Below, one piece after another: positions 22,203 through 35,100 of a stretch of DNA of 64,000 bases (its first letter is position 1; each line of letters starts with the position of its first letter). Under the pieces are notes generated by a model. The model did not search any database. It saw only the letters and a program-made list of their open reading frames with translations, and was not told the origin of the DNA. The position numbers and the translations under genes are program-made. Source of the stretch: Lepidodermella squamata (taxonomy: Eukaryota > Animalia > Gastrotricha); the NCBI GenBank assembly GCA_047495785.1, contig JBLDXI010000024.1, positions 3,968,001 to 4,032,000 on the forward strand. The letters run 5' to 3'.

Positions 22203-25200
22203 TTATTTAGCTTTCGACGAAACACCAGGGATTAAATGAAGGCGCTGTTTCAATTTCGCAGCCGCTGAAACCGGGAAAGGCGACGGGGTCGGCGAAGCTG
22301 GGCCAGATTTTTCCTTGACATGATGGGTATTATCGTAATACGAAGATGACGTCACGCTGCTAGTAGACGACGCGTTCTCCTGATCAAGCAGCGAGTTATC
22401 AGCCGCTGAAGTTGAGAATCGATCAAAATACGCCTGAATTTGCTGCTGCTTCCTCAACCGCGCTTGTTTCACCTTCCAACTCTCAAATTTCGGTTGTTGT
22501 TGCTGCTGATCGATAACCGACTCTGAAACAGCGAACAGCGAGTGATTCTGTCCACTGCGATTTTCGCTGTCATCAAAATCTGGCAGAACGCGCGAGTCGG
22601 CATTTGTATAGTCTAAATGGTAGTGATGCGTGAAGGGCGAGTCGAAATCGTCCGTTATATCGATTTCAACCAGTTCCGACAACTGCTGCGGCACGATTCG
22701 ACCGCTCATAACTGACTCGTTTTGAACATCAGGCAGCTGCCTAATAGGACTAGGCGGCAGCGACGATAGAACTGGCCGTCTTGGGTTTGAAATCGTATCA
22801 AGTACAGCATCCGCCTCCTGGTCGATCGGAGTGACGTTCAACGAACCAATTCCGGTATCACTCGACGGGTTCGGGTAGCCAATCGGGGGCCGATTTGCGG
22901 TTGAAGTCATAGTTGGGGTTGGGTGGAATGACGAAAAGCGGCGCCTTGTGTAGCCGGGAGACGGCGGCGCCGGGCTGGGTGACTGCGATAGACCGGGCGG
23001 TAGGACCAGCTCTAAAATCGGGGCGGCTAATACTTTCTGATTCACCTCCTCTAGCCCGGCTTTTGACACCAGTAGATGATTCATCACGCCGTAATTCGCC
23101 GTTAAAAAGCACGGCTGCGGGTTTTGACTAGTATTAAGCGACATAGACCGCGATAGGTAAGATTTTTTCGAACTCGTCGATAGTGCCGAGTCAGTGTTGG
23201 AAGAATCCAGGGTGTCTACAGCGCTTGGGACAACGACACAAGCAGCTGATCGATTTTTCGCAATTTTTTCGTAATTTCGCCGCAATTTTTTCAGATCAGT
23301 CGTCATTCGCTCTCGAACTGCACCGATATCGCGCAGCTGTTCGTCCGTCAACCCGCTGATGTACGCCTCGTTATTGCGGTTGAATGCACTGTCGGCGTGT
23401 TGCAGCGATCGGCCGCATATAATCCGGCTGCCTGCTGAAATGCAGCCGAAAAGCGAGGCATTTTGTTGGTCTTTTTGCGAGGCCTGATCGCCGCCTTGAC
23501 CCACAACGCCTGTTGAGCTGGACGAGGAGAGGCCGGCAGATATGGACGGGGCCATGAATGGCTGGATGGAGTACAGTAACTGCTCGCGAAGTTCGCCAAC
23601 CGATGGCGTTAGTTGCTTATAAACAGCCTAATAAAAACGGAAATAGATTTTGCGGTCAAAACGTTCAACATTTGAATATTTCTAAAATTTGGAATTGAGA
23701 ATCCCAAGACTCAAACTTTGAAACGCAGAATTTGATAAAAGGCGTAACTTATTCATTCGAAATTACAAAAAAATCGCGTAGTAATCCAGGAGTTGAAGTA
23801 AGCTGGGAAATTGGCTGCTAGTTTCTAAATTTAGTCATTTTTGGCCCAAGTTACACTCAAACTCAAGCAATACAAAACGAAAAGATTAGTGCGATAAAAA
23901 TGGAAAACTTGTCATAAAATATCACGAAAAACTGAACTATACCTCGCGACGAAAATTCAATATGAACAACATGAGAATAACGTATAGAAATTTGAGGCTC
24001 GAATTGATGAAATTGATGAAAACTGATGAAACTGATGAAACTGATTAAAACCTCGTATTTTTAATTCATTTCACGGTTGATAATTTTTCATAATTAATTA
24101 AAATGAGAATAGAAATCACGAAACTAAAATCGCTACCGATAAAATCTAGTTTCAAATTAAATTCTGACTAGGCATTTTTCATTTTCTACTGGTTGGGAAT
24201 TTTGTTAACCTTCACATAGGAAGGCTTTGAAAATTTAGAGCTTGATCAAATGAATAAGAGAGCTAAGAAATGATAGCGAACCTGAATGAACGCATCTGCC
24301 TCTGCTACTGAGCCTGGTTTAGTCTCGCGTAGAATGCCTAGTTTGACATTCTTCTCCATAGCTGTATAGTATTGATCCACCGAGTGGCAAGCTATTATCT
24401 GCCTATTAAAAAACGAACATAATTCCGTGACAAGTTGATATTAAATTTTCCACTGACTTTGATAATTTCGTGAAAATATGAAGACCCGCGCTAAGTAGGG
24501 CATCCGAGCCGTTTAGCAGTAGACAATCCCAGAACCGCAGCAGGGCATGCTTCGGCAGGCAAGTTGCGTACAAAGTTAGCAGCCACTGCATCAGGAAGAC
24601 ATTAGTCAGTGGCGGCTCGTAAAAAATGCCATCATCAGCTGTTGTCGCTTTTTTCTGCAATTTATCGAGGTGCTGAGCGAGTTGCGGTAGGTTTGCGGAT
24701 AGCAAGTGCCGGAAAACGGCCAAATCAACGGCTAACAGGCGAAGGCAGTTCGAGTAGTAATTCGCAGGTAGCACGTGATCAATCTAAATGAGAAAAATCA
24801 ATACAAATAAGCCACAATTTCACATAATTAAGATTCTAGCCCAAAGTTCAATGTTCAGAATGCCGTTATTTTGAAATAGATAGGACAACGCTGCTTTATT
24901 CTCGAGCCAAAGAAAACCCTTTCCGCGACTCTAAATTGGCATCATATAATCTATATAATCTAAATAACCTGTCTGAAATTATAATTATGCGCAAGGAAAG
25001 ACGACTCGTATTCCATCACCAAACTAAGTCGGAAAATATTCCTAGAAGTTTTTCCGAGATCTAATTGATTAATTCCACGGCAAACATCAAAGTTCGAATC
25101 CTAATACAGGGCGATAGAACCAACTGAGATATCCACGACGCCGAAACCTAAGGCCCGGGTAGCAGAACTCAACCTCTCAGCCGCAAATTCCCGGCGCAAA

Positions 25201-27871
25201 TTTCCCAAATTTCCCAGCCGCAGTATATTCACAGGCCTATTCTACAACATAGGCGACTAAACGACCCGGTTAAGTCTAGCCGCGATATAGCCGATTAATC
25301 CGTAACTATACGGCATCAAAGACAAGCAGTATAAAATACTAACCAGATATATCATGACTTTGAGCGCATCAGCTTCATTGCGATCAACCGTGTCCAAAAT
25401 GACAGTCGCCAGCACATTGAAGCCCTGGCAGTAGCCAACCTGCTTATTCCACCTCGCATAGGCTAACAGCACGCGTTTCAGCAGCGTCCTCTCCGTTTCA
25501 GCATCAGTATTCGCCGGCAAAAAGCTGTTCGAACACCCGGTTCGGTGCAAGTCCTTAACGATTTGCAGCCCCAGCGCTGAATCATCCGGGTTTGACTTGT
25601 CATTGAATGCCGTTCTCGCGACCGAGTTCCAATCGATGCGATTTGAGCTCAGGTAATTATCAGCGAGACCGACCCACAGCTTGCGCCTGAATTGGTCAGG
25701 AATGCCGCCGGGTAGGCGCGAAATGGCCCGCATCGCATCGACCCACTTCTGCCAGCCGGATTCGCCCGGGCTCGCCGCTAGTGAAAACGACAACTTGGCA
25801 TCGGCAGCTGGTTACACAAAAACAAATATTTTATTATTATTTATTTACACAATTTTCAGGAAAAAATTCCGTCATCAATGCACCGGGTTAGGTGTATTTA
25901 TTACGCGGGGTAAGCTTTGGTGGTGGTTAGGTGAATAATCCAACATACATAATTGAGCGAGAAGGTATTCGCGAACCGCGTTTGCATCCTTCAAACCGTC
26001 GTTCGATGAAAATAATTTTGTAAAAAAATCAGTCATGCTGTTGTTACTGAACTATTCAAAAATCGTATAGTTGATTGAAGAAGTAACGATACCTAATCTA
26101 AAACGACGCAAACTAAACAGATTTCGGAACATTTCATTGACAAAGTTCTGTTGGTTTTTTTACAGTAAAATCGCTCGATTAATTTTTCAAGCGATTTAAG
26201 TAGTATTAGTAGCAGTGAAATATGGTTAAAACCAATTAGAAGTGAATCTGTTGAAACGGGAAATCAAAATATCTTGATTGATGGAATCCGAAATGTTGAA
26301 CTGTTTCACAAAATCTTTGAAGAATTTCGCGAAAAATTCGATGGCTGCCAGGGCCGCTCATTTCTTTGAAGGGCTAGGCTAAAGTACTCTCACGTGGGCA
26401 GATAGCTATGAGCATAACAATAAAGAGCTCGCTTTATTTAGGCAAATATCAACAGCCCAAGAATTAGCTGGTACCAGCTATTCGCGATAAAAACATCGTG
26501 TTTATGCATAACAATGCATTCAGCAGCCCCTTATTTATTGTTATTCATTTAGTATGGTAAGAATAAATAAAGATTCTATTTTTCTTATAAATTCGTAAAT
26601 CGGTTGATAATAATTCTAAATCGCTAAAATTAATGGCAACCAAAAACTAAGAATTTCATCAAAGCATTTTACTAAAAGCCAAAATAAAATATTTCCGGCG
26701 CAATGCCAATCGCTTACTACGAAAAAAGCAATAAGAAGGATTAAGAAAGTTTGATTTGAAGAATGAATTTATGGAAAATTACAGTAAAACCTCGATTTGT
26801 TACAGATATTTTAATACGCTGACGTAAGCCGAGAATAATGTTGAGGGAGAACAGCTTTCTAACGCAGGATAATAAAACGCGCGCCGGCTATCTATATCAT
26901 TTTTTTGACACATTTTCACGCTCGACAACATATGTCAAAAATTAAGATAGATATGAAAAAGTACCTAAGAATAAAAACCCACTACTGTTCTAGTGTCACG
27001 ATACTCATAGGTCAGGCAATACAGAGCAATACCGAGTACTGGCTAAAACTTGGCCCGCATATGTAATAGAGCACCCACGCGCAATATTAATGGCAAACCA
27101 AGCGTTACGCTTTACTTCTCTTCGGGTTTTTTTCTTCCTAATAATAGGTATCTATCATGTGCCTTGGTAGATTATACCGGTTCTCGCTCATGAGCATTTT
27201 GTATTAGTAATTTTACATCGGTTAAAACTAAAAAAAAACCATGCAGAGGTTAAATAGGGGACAAGACAAAAAATACATACGTTAGAATAACAAACGATAC
27301 AATATTCACAATATTGGGGTAAAACTCACCAATCAAAATTCGAGTCCCAATCGAATACTAGAATTATTTAAATAGTAATTGTGAAGATTCAATGAAAAAC
27401 TGGTCTTTTTAGTCCAATTCGATATATCAATTTTTTCCCACTTATATTCCCATCATTTCGAATTTAAAAATATTAGGTACCTGTTTTCGCCGAAGTGGCT
27501 TGAAGAACCGCCGTCAAAATATTGGCCAACTGTTCAACTTTTCGATTCGTAATATCTCTCTGCTTTAGCAAGCGAACCAATTTTGACGAGCTTTGATTGA
27601 TATCAACCGCCAAACGATTGCGAATTTCCCGCAGATCTTCGACACATTTCTGTGACAGTGAATTGGCAGTGTAAGTCGGGTGGTAAAAACTGCCACCGCC
27701 ATCGCCATCGGGAGCGTCGAAAGCGCATGAAGAGGCTGCTGTTAAGGCATTGTCACTCTCAGTTGTTGTATGGCTATGCATATACGTCCCATTATGGCTG
27801 TAAATGTCGTCCAAAAGCGAATCCAACAACACGTTATCACTCGCACTGCTCACGCTCTCACTTTTTAACAT
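22203..27871 (-). CDS. TBC1D30: TBC1 domain family member 30 (Rab GAP); exons about 27871-27480, 25809-25344, 24783-24458, 24402-24282, 23627-22203
   Basis: WVDAMRAISRLPGGIP, QIVKDLHRTG, VGYCQGFN, YEPPLTNVFLMQW; later MTTDLKKLRRNY motif. Confidence 0.9.
24000..24050 (+). repeat. Short 9-10 nt tandem repeat (AACTGATGA-like, about 5 units)
   Basis: gaattgatga aattgatgaa aactgatgaa actgatgaaa ctgatta, in a TBC1D30 intron. Confidence 0.7.
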
Positions 27872-27996
27872 TTCTAGAATAGCAATGAAACAATGTATTT
27901 TTTGGAAATTATGAGTAATCTGGAATTCGATGATAGCACGGAATAAAATCGAAATTTCAAGCAAAAATTGTTGAATTGATCATGCAATCTCGAATT

Positions 27997-28723
27997 TCAT
28001 GCTGCGATAAGTCGGCGCCATTCAAGTTTGAAAGCAGTAATTGAAGACACAACACCAGCAAACCAGCCGAGGCCCGGGTTGACCTTGTTCAAAATCGTCA
28101 ATGGCAACAGGATATCACATGCATCACGCAATAATTCCATCCTCAGCACATTAATACGTTTACGAACGGCAGATTTATCGCCCTTAACACGGCGAATCTC
28201 TTCAACGGCGGCCAAAAGGCGGTACAAATCAAGCAAGGCGGCGCATACGCAGCCAATGAGCCACAGCCGGGACGACCATGCTGTCAATTTAGCGGTATCC
28301 ACGTCGATTAAACGCACTTTGCCGGCCCAAACGAGGTGATCAAGAACAAGCCAAGCCGCTTTACCACCGGCAGAAAAGGTAGTTAAAACGGTAACAGCTG
28401 GGTCGGAGCCAGCTGCGCCGGTTGCGGCTGCGATTGCTTTCATGCCTTGTTCAACAGAAGTTCCAATACGAAACAATTTACGCGAAAGAGACACTGATAA
28501 AACACGAAAATAAGCCGAAATTACTAATATTTTTTCAAGAATTACCAGCTGCTTCAAGCGATTTAAGCCTGGCCAAAGTTGAGCTCGCATCACTGCCAAC
28601 GGCGTCCTTAGACGATGCATACCAAATGACAAGGCGGCAAGAATATTGCACTAAACGATTCAACTTATCACGACCTTGCGTGTGATTAATAAATTTGATC
28701 CAATCTTGAATATTTTGTGACAT
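27997..28723 (-). CDS. PEX11: Peroxisomal biogenesis factor 11; exons 28723-28546 and 28493-27997
   Basis: WIKFINHTQGRDKLNRLVQYSCR, SLSRKLFRIG, LDHLVW, DACDILLPL, GVVSS. Confidence 0.9.
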
Positions 28724-28781
28724 TTTCACACTTAAATTACTAGTTGGGAGTGAATAAATCGTATAATTTTTATCATAAAAT

Positions 28782-29910
28782 TTAAGGCTGGGTTGTAACA
28801 GCCGCGGCACAATGACAACTACCGGAACAATCTTTTTTCTTTGCACAAGTTTTGCTATTTTCCTGATTCTCCTCAGGTTCAATTTTCTTAGTTCCTCGGC
28901 ATCGCCTCAGGCCAAGGCGTGGTAGACCGGAGTTGAGGCCGTCCAATAACTGACAGGCTTGACACAGCGGCATAGAACTAACGTAGCCGCAACGACTACA
29001 GTTGCGTTGAACGGGCATTTTAACATCGTCTCGGACGTTTTTGCTCAAAACTTCGCCGCTTCGAATTATGTCAATTATCGCCGACGACCTGATTCGTTCG
29101 AGATTCTTTATAAATTCTCGTGCTTTTCCGCGGTGAGCATTCACCGAGTAAGTGCATTCAGTTGAGAAGTAATCAAGCCGTCGGAAATGAGCATACATAA
29201 CTATCTCCTTTTCATAAGCAAATTTGAAGGGCTTCACTCGGGGCATGGTAGATTCACCTCCGCCATCCGTTTGAGCAGATGTACACCTCTTCAACCGAGC
29301 AATATCCCCTACAGAAAGCGAGTTGAATTGCGAAATGTCCAATCATAAAATGCGAATTACCTCTCATGATATTCATTACCACAGTTTCAGCTACATCATC
29401 AGCATTATGACCGGTAACTAGCTTTGAGCATCCCAAAAATGACGCGCCTCGGTCAAGAGCTTGACGGCGGAATACTCCGCAAAAAGTGCAGTTACTCTTC
29501 TTGCCGATGGCGCGAACAACTTCGTCCATCGTCCAGCCGTACAACTCCTTGTAAGAAACTATTTTTAGCGGGATTTGGTATGCCTCCTGATTTCTCTTCA
29601 CACTCTCCAGGGAATCATCTCTATATCCAGCAATACCTTCGTCAATAGACAGCAAACAAAGGTCCAAGTTGTAGTTGTATCTGTCATTCAGAGTTTTCAT
29701 AACATAGGCCAGCACAGTGGAATCTTTTCCACCCGAAGCTCCCAGAGCTACTTTCTCCCCAGGGGAGAATAAGGAATATGCAGTTATTGTCTCATGGACT
29801 TCGGTTTCGAATGCAATCAAAAAACAATCTTTGCAAATAGCCACGCCATTCTTGGGTCTTTTAAGAGTAGCTTTGTTGATTTTGCACGACCCACATAAAA
29901 TGGGAGGCAT
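28782..29910 (-). CDS. CTU1: Cytoplasmic tRNA 2-thiolation protein 1; exons 29910-29361 and 29308-28782
   Basis: PP-loop [36 protein letters not shown]-terminal CxxC zinc motifs. Confidence 0.95.
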
Positions 29911-30757
29911 GTTAACAATCTAACAATCATAAGAAAATAAAATGAGGTACACGTATTTTTCTAGATAAATTGAGATATGATTCGATTCTAAGTTTAAAGC
30001 CAGATATACACATCCAATAATGAGCGATGAGATATCCAAGACAGCATGGAAAAGTATTAGTGGGGTTTTTCATATTAAATCGAAGTCCCAAAATGGATTG
30101 TGAAGAACTTGTAAGCGCCCAGCTAGATTTATCATCTGAAAAGCCAGATACCTGAGAAATCAAAGGCGATGAGTAAATTTCGCAAACAACTACTTAACGA
30201 AAGGTGAAAGGTGCTACTAGTTGCGTGTTGCGTCAGGCTGTGTCACGAATAAATATAATGAGAAAAGCTCAAACGCTATTATCCCGCGAAAGGTTCTAAG
30301 ATGAACTTGTGGCTGCACTAAAAATTCGGCAGCCTGCAAACACTTTCCCAGTCCTACCTGCCTCGACCCAGAGCTAAGAACTGCTAAAAAAAACTGCAGA
30401 GGCAAGAAACTGCGGCTCGCAAAAATCGTCATCATAACAAATTTTCTTATCTTACCGCGCAATCTCAAATCACATTCACGGATTTTATCACACAATCAAA
30501 AATAATTTTTTTAATTATAATTTTACAGTATTTCGAGGATTTTAAAAAAGATGTTTATCCTAACGACAGGGCCGGGCTCGTCGCTGAGTCGAGAGAAAGT
30601 AGAGCTCTTCCAAGACTTCCAAGACCTCAAGCCGTTGATAGTAGGAGACATAAAAGTTCCAAATCTGCGTAGTTTTCATCATTATCACTTAAATTCATAT
30701 CTATACTTTCATTGTGATCGATAGCTATATTTAAATATTAAAATATCGGACCTCAGG

Positions 30758-32035
30758 ATGGCGTATCGAGAGTTGCGAAATTTGATCGAGATGCTGATGG
30801 CGCTAGGATATCCTCGCCTTATATCGATGGAGAATTTCAGGAATCCTAATTTTCCTCTTGTTGCTGAAATTATGCGTTGGCTCGCCAAGCGCTACGACGA
30901 AAATGCCGAAATTCCGGAGGATATTGATTCTGCCCAAGATCGAGTGTTTTTCATTAAGACTATAGCACAATTCATGGCCACCAAAGCCCACATTCGACTC
31001 AATACAAAGAAGCTTTATCAAGCAGATGCTAGTGCTGTAAAAGAAATGCTCAAAGCTGTTACAGCGTTATACCAAGCACTTCGTAATTCTAATGCCGATC
31101 TCTTGAATGAAAATTCAATTGATCAGCAGTTGGTTTCTTTCGACGTGTCTGCCAAGTTGGCTGACTTGAAAGAAGTGCGCCGCCTAGCCTCTGATATTAC
31201 CACTAAAGGCTCGCAGTTGTTTGACTTGCTGCATAAAGAGCCAGAGCTGCGAGAGGCCCGATTGGAAGTTTTTAATAACCCACTGGAGATCTCAGAGTTG
31301 GAGCGCCATCTTGTAAACGGGACCAAGTCAATCCAAACTGAAATTACTCGTGTCAATCAAATGCTAGAATCGGTTGCTGCTGATGAAACTAATTTGGACG
31401 CTAAAATTGAACAGCGTAAAGCTGAGGTCGAACGAAGCCAAAAGCGCATGTTGACTCTGCAGGTTTGTTTTGTGATGGTCGCTGATTATCAGTCATTGAT
31501 TTATGCAAATATCTAGACTGTTCGTCCGGCTTATATGGACGAGTTCGAAAGATTAGAGGAGGAGCTTGGAGTTCTATATGGTGAGTACGTGCTCAAGTTC
31601 AGAAATCTCACTTTCTTGGAGCATCAACTCGATCAGCTGCGTTTAAACGAAGAAGCCGCTGAGCAGCAATTGAAGCGCGTCGCTGACCGCTTGAGGGAAG
31701 AGCGTAAACTTCGTGGTGGGGATGAAATCGATCAGTTGCTTGACGAAGAAGAAGCTGAAATGGCGGCCCATCGCGGCCGTTCTCAAGGTGCTCCTCGAGG
31801 CGCTCGTCAAGTCGTTGGTAATATGGGCGTCGACGTTGATGACGATGAAAGTCTCGGCGACGATAATGAAATGGGTATGGGATCTGACGACGAGGAAGGC
31901 TCAGAAACCGAAGAGGAAGATGATGAAGATGATGAAGACGAACTAGTAGCTGCTGTGGGTCCAAATGGCCGAAGCGATGGTGGTAAAATCCGTGGCGGAA
32001 AAATGGCAATTAATAACGACATGGATGATTTCTAA
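30758..32035 (+). CDS. CLUAP1: Clusterin-associated protein 1 / IFT38; exons 30758-31462 and 31517-32035
   Basis: LGYPRLISMENFRNPNFPLVAEI, KAHIRLNTKKLYQAD, LQ|TVRPAYMDEFERLE, acidic tail ending DDF. Confidence 0.95.
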
Positions 32036-32199
32036 CTTGCAATTATGTGCAAAGAGAAACTAATGACTGTTTGTGCGTTAATGTTGATCTCAATCACTTA
32101 AATTGTCTTACGTTGAACTTGTGGCACATTTTTGGCGTATTAAAAATACAAATTGTATCTTTCTGATATCTTAGGTTTATTACATGGCACAAACCAAAA

Positions 32200-35100
32200 A
32201 TGGCTGACTTGTTAAAGAAAATCCTCAAACGGAGAAATAGCGTTGATGTTCTCAAAGGCAAGGTTCAAAATGCTCCGTAAGTTTTTCATAACAACCATTT
32301 TATTTAACCTAATTTGGATCTTGTAGGGAGGACCAAGGCCGAGAAGTTCGTGATGAATTTGAGCGACGCGGCCTGCTTTATTCATCAAAAGACGACGCTT
32401 ACAAGGCTCGTCCGGACTGGAAAAAGTGGATCGCCCCTTCCCTACCACCCCATCAGCTTACTGTGACTCAGGTCGAACACACTCAGCGCTATCTCGCCGC
32501 CGGCCAGTCCGAAACAACACATGCTGATCTTCTGAGCACACATGAATGGTTGAAAACGAATTCAAGCGAAGCTCTAAAACTAACCCTACCCGATTTGATG
32601 AACAAAGCCGTTGTAGCCGGGCCTAAACCAGACCCGGAAACCGGCAAAGTTCTGCAACATCTAAAATTCAAAGCCGCTGACATTACCGATTTTGAATACC
32701 GCCTGTCTGCTTCGATTGAGAGCTACGCGAAACGAATTCGCTGGCTATTATCAGGAAGTCGGCGATCATTTGGAGTGGTTCGAGGAGCGAATGTTGCGAT
32801 CTGTATTGACGTTTCGGACGCGAATTGCGCATTGGGCAGGCTGCACCACATTCAAGAAGGCTTACTGCGACTGATCGACGAACAACTGACAAAAAAGCAC
32901 AAGCTATATCTGATGAGTTTCGGGTCTGAAATTCAAAGCTGCTGGACCACTCCTCGAAATGTCACTGAGAGAATGTAAATAACTAATTTGAGGCTGAAAA
33001 TAATCTATTTTCCGATGTATGGTCTAGAATTGAGGAGGCTAAGCAGTTTGTTATGGAATTGAAGCCAAACGGAGGCTGCAACATAATGCGAGCTCTTCGG
33101 CATATTTACCGTCTTAAATTCATCGATTACGTAATTTTCGTAGTTGGCGCTGTGTAAGTTGGCATTAGTTTCTCCTAAAATTTTGAAAATTTATTGATTC
33201 ATCCACAGACCTGATCAGCCGGCTGAATTGATCACGTATTACGTCCAGCAATCGACAACCGGTCGAGATTTGCCTTTCCATGTCGTTTTATGGGATTTTC
33301 CGCCAGGAGATACCGAGGTAAATATTTAAATTATAAAAAAAACACACCTTCAAATTTCACAATTTGACTTATCAACATTTTGTAAAATCTATCAACAGCT
33401 TCACATAAAATCGCAAACGCAAATACAGGAGCCTGCGTTATTGTTACCTGATGAAAAGCCTCAAAAGCTTAAATTTCCATTTGATTGGGTAAATTAGTGA
33501 ATGAATTAATTTTCCCTTCTTTCATTTTCTGGTTATGTTCTCTTCTGGGTCTGTTCCTAATGTGATGTCCAAATCTCTTTCCTTTGTATGGATATTTTTG
33601 TTATTTTTATATTTTTTCCTTTGAACTGGCTAAATTTTCATTTTGCATTGCAGAAAGTGCTCAGGGCTGTCGCTGAAGAAACTGGCGGTCGGTTTCATTG
33701 TTATTCGGACAAATCAGAAGAGCATATTTATTCAAGTACCGATATTCGGCTTCTGTCGACCGAAATTCAACAAGCTCAACAAACGGCTATGCAAGTCAAA
33801 AATTTACGTTGTGGCCTTGTTGGAAATGCCTTGGTCTCAATCATGGATGACGTAATATTTTTTTCAAAATTTTCTTGGATTTATTCCGAGTTGTTGTGAT
33901 GATTTTTAGATTTCCAAGGAGTTGGCTTGCATGCCGCAGAGTTATTTCTTACCAAGGCCACCGGGCCATGAACAGCCACTGGCGATTTCGAACCCGAAAT
34001 TTCACCCTCAGACCAGCGAGAAATGGATAAAATCCAACGGTCTCGAGGCGAGGAAACTTGATCTTTATCAGATCCTTGCGCCAAATGCTTACGACTACCG
34101 TCAGTCTTTCGTTCCGGTCACGCGTGGCCGCGTTCGCTCACAAGTTCACGAGGTAGGATTTTTCTGACATTTCAAATTTGCGAGTTCTTATAGAAAAATC
34201 GTAAAATGCAAAACACAGGCCTTTAAATAGCAAATTTTTGAATCTCTTGGTATCTCAAATAGCCTTATTCAGTCACCCAGCGCCGCTAGTGTAACGGTAT
34301 CATACAAGATTCCCATTCTTGTGACCCGGGTTCGACTCCCGGGCGGCGCACAACCCTTTTTCCTATGCACTAGAATGAAATAACCCCTTATCAGGAATTA
34401 TCGTTGGATGCCAGGCTCATGAACAGAAGTTGATTTTTTAAATTAGCTGTTGGACCCTGAGAATAGCCCATTAACGAAGTTTTAGATCTGAAAATGGTTC
34501 CGCATTGCTTAGAAATAGTCTCATAAGTATTTGTTCTTTGATATTTCGCTTCTCTTAGAAGGAGAAGCCCAAGAAATCGCCCGAAGGCTCATTGAATGTT
34601 CCCACGCACGGAAATCTTTAGTAAAAGGCGAAAGATTTGTACGTTTTGCGCGGAAACCAGAGTACTGAATAATATTTTAAAATTTAAGCCCGTTTGAAGG
34701 TGGAATCAACATAGGACTTCAATTTCATTAGCATATTATTAGCTCAACTGAGGGTTCGAGTCTCGCTGGGGTTTCATTATTCTTGCAACTCCTATTTTCA
34801 AAATTCAGCTCTGCCACAGCCTTAGTCACAGCTAAGCACACTGACAGCCATTTTAGGACCACTGCCCTATGACTACTCAGTGATGGCCCGGGGACTAAAT
34901 TAAAAAAACTTCAAGATGAAGCAAAAGGATCCTTAATTGCCTTCTATTTATTTGTCTTTATTCAGCTGCAACATGAATGCTTGATAGCTCTGCGTAAGAC
35001 AGGCGTCAGCCAAGCCCGGTTAGCTCAGTCGGTAGAGCATGGGACTCTTAATCCCAGGGTCGTGGGTTCGAGCCCCACATCGGGCGGTCACTTTTTCGTG

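Noticed and set aside
25060-25130. aattccac plus a B-box-like GTTCGAATCC as an extra snRNA/SL RNA or tRNA-SINE
   Set aside because: No cloverleaf, A-box or Sm site, and spacing does not match the U5 promoter. No SL RNA gene could be identified in this window.
26161-26800. Two TACAGTAAAA(CCTCGAT) Tigger-like TIR starts
   Set aside because: Same orientation and no matching opposite ends; too short to call an element.
27110-27150. Possible TBC1D30 micro/terminal exon GRKKPEEK*
   Set aside because: Very short and supported only by a chance AG.
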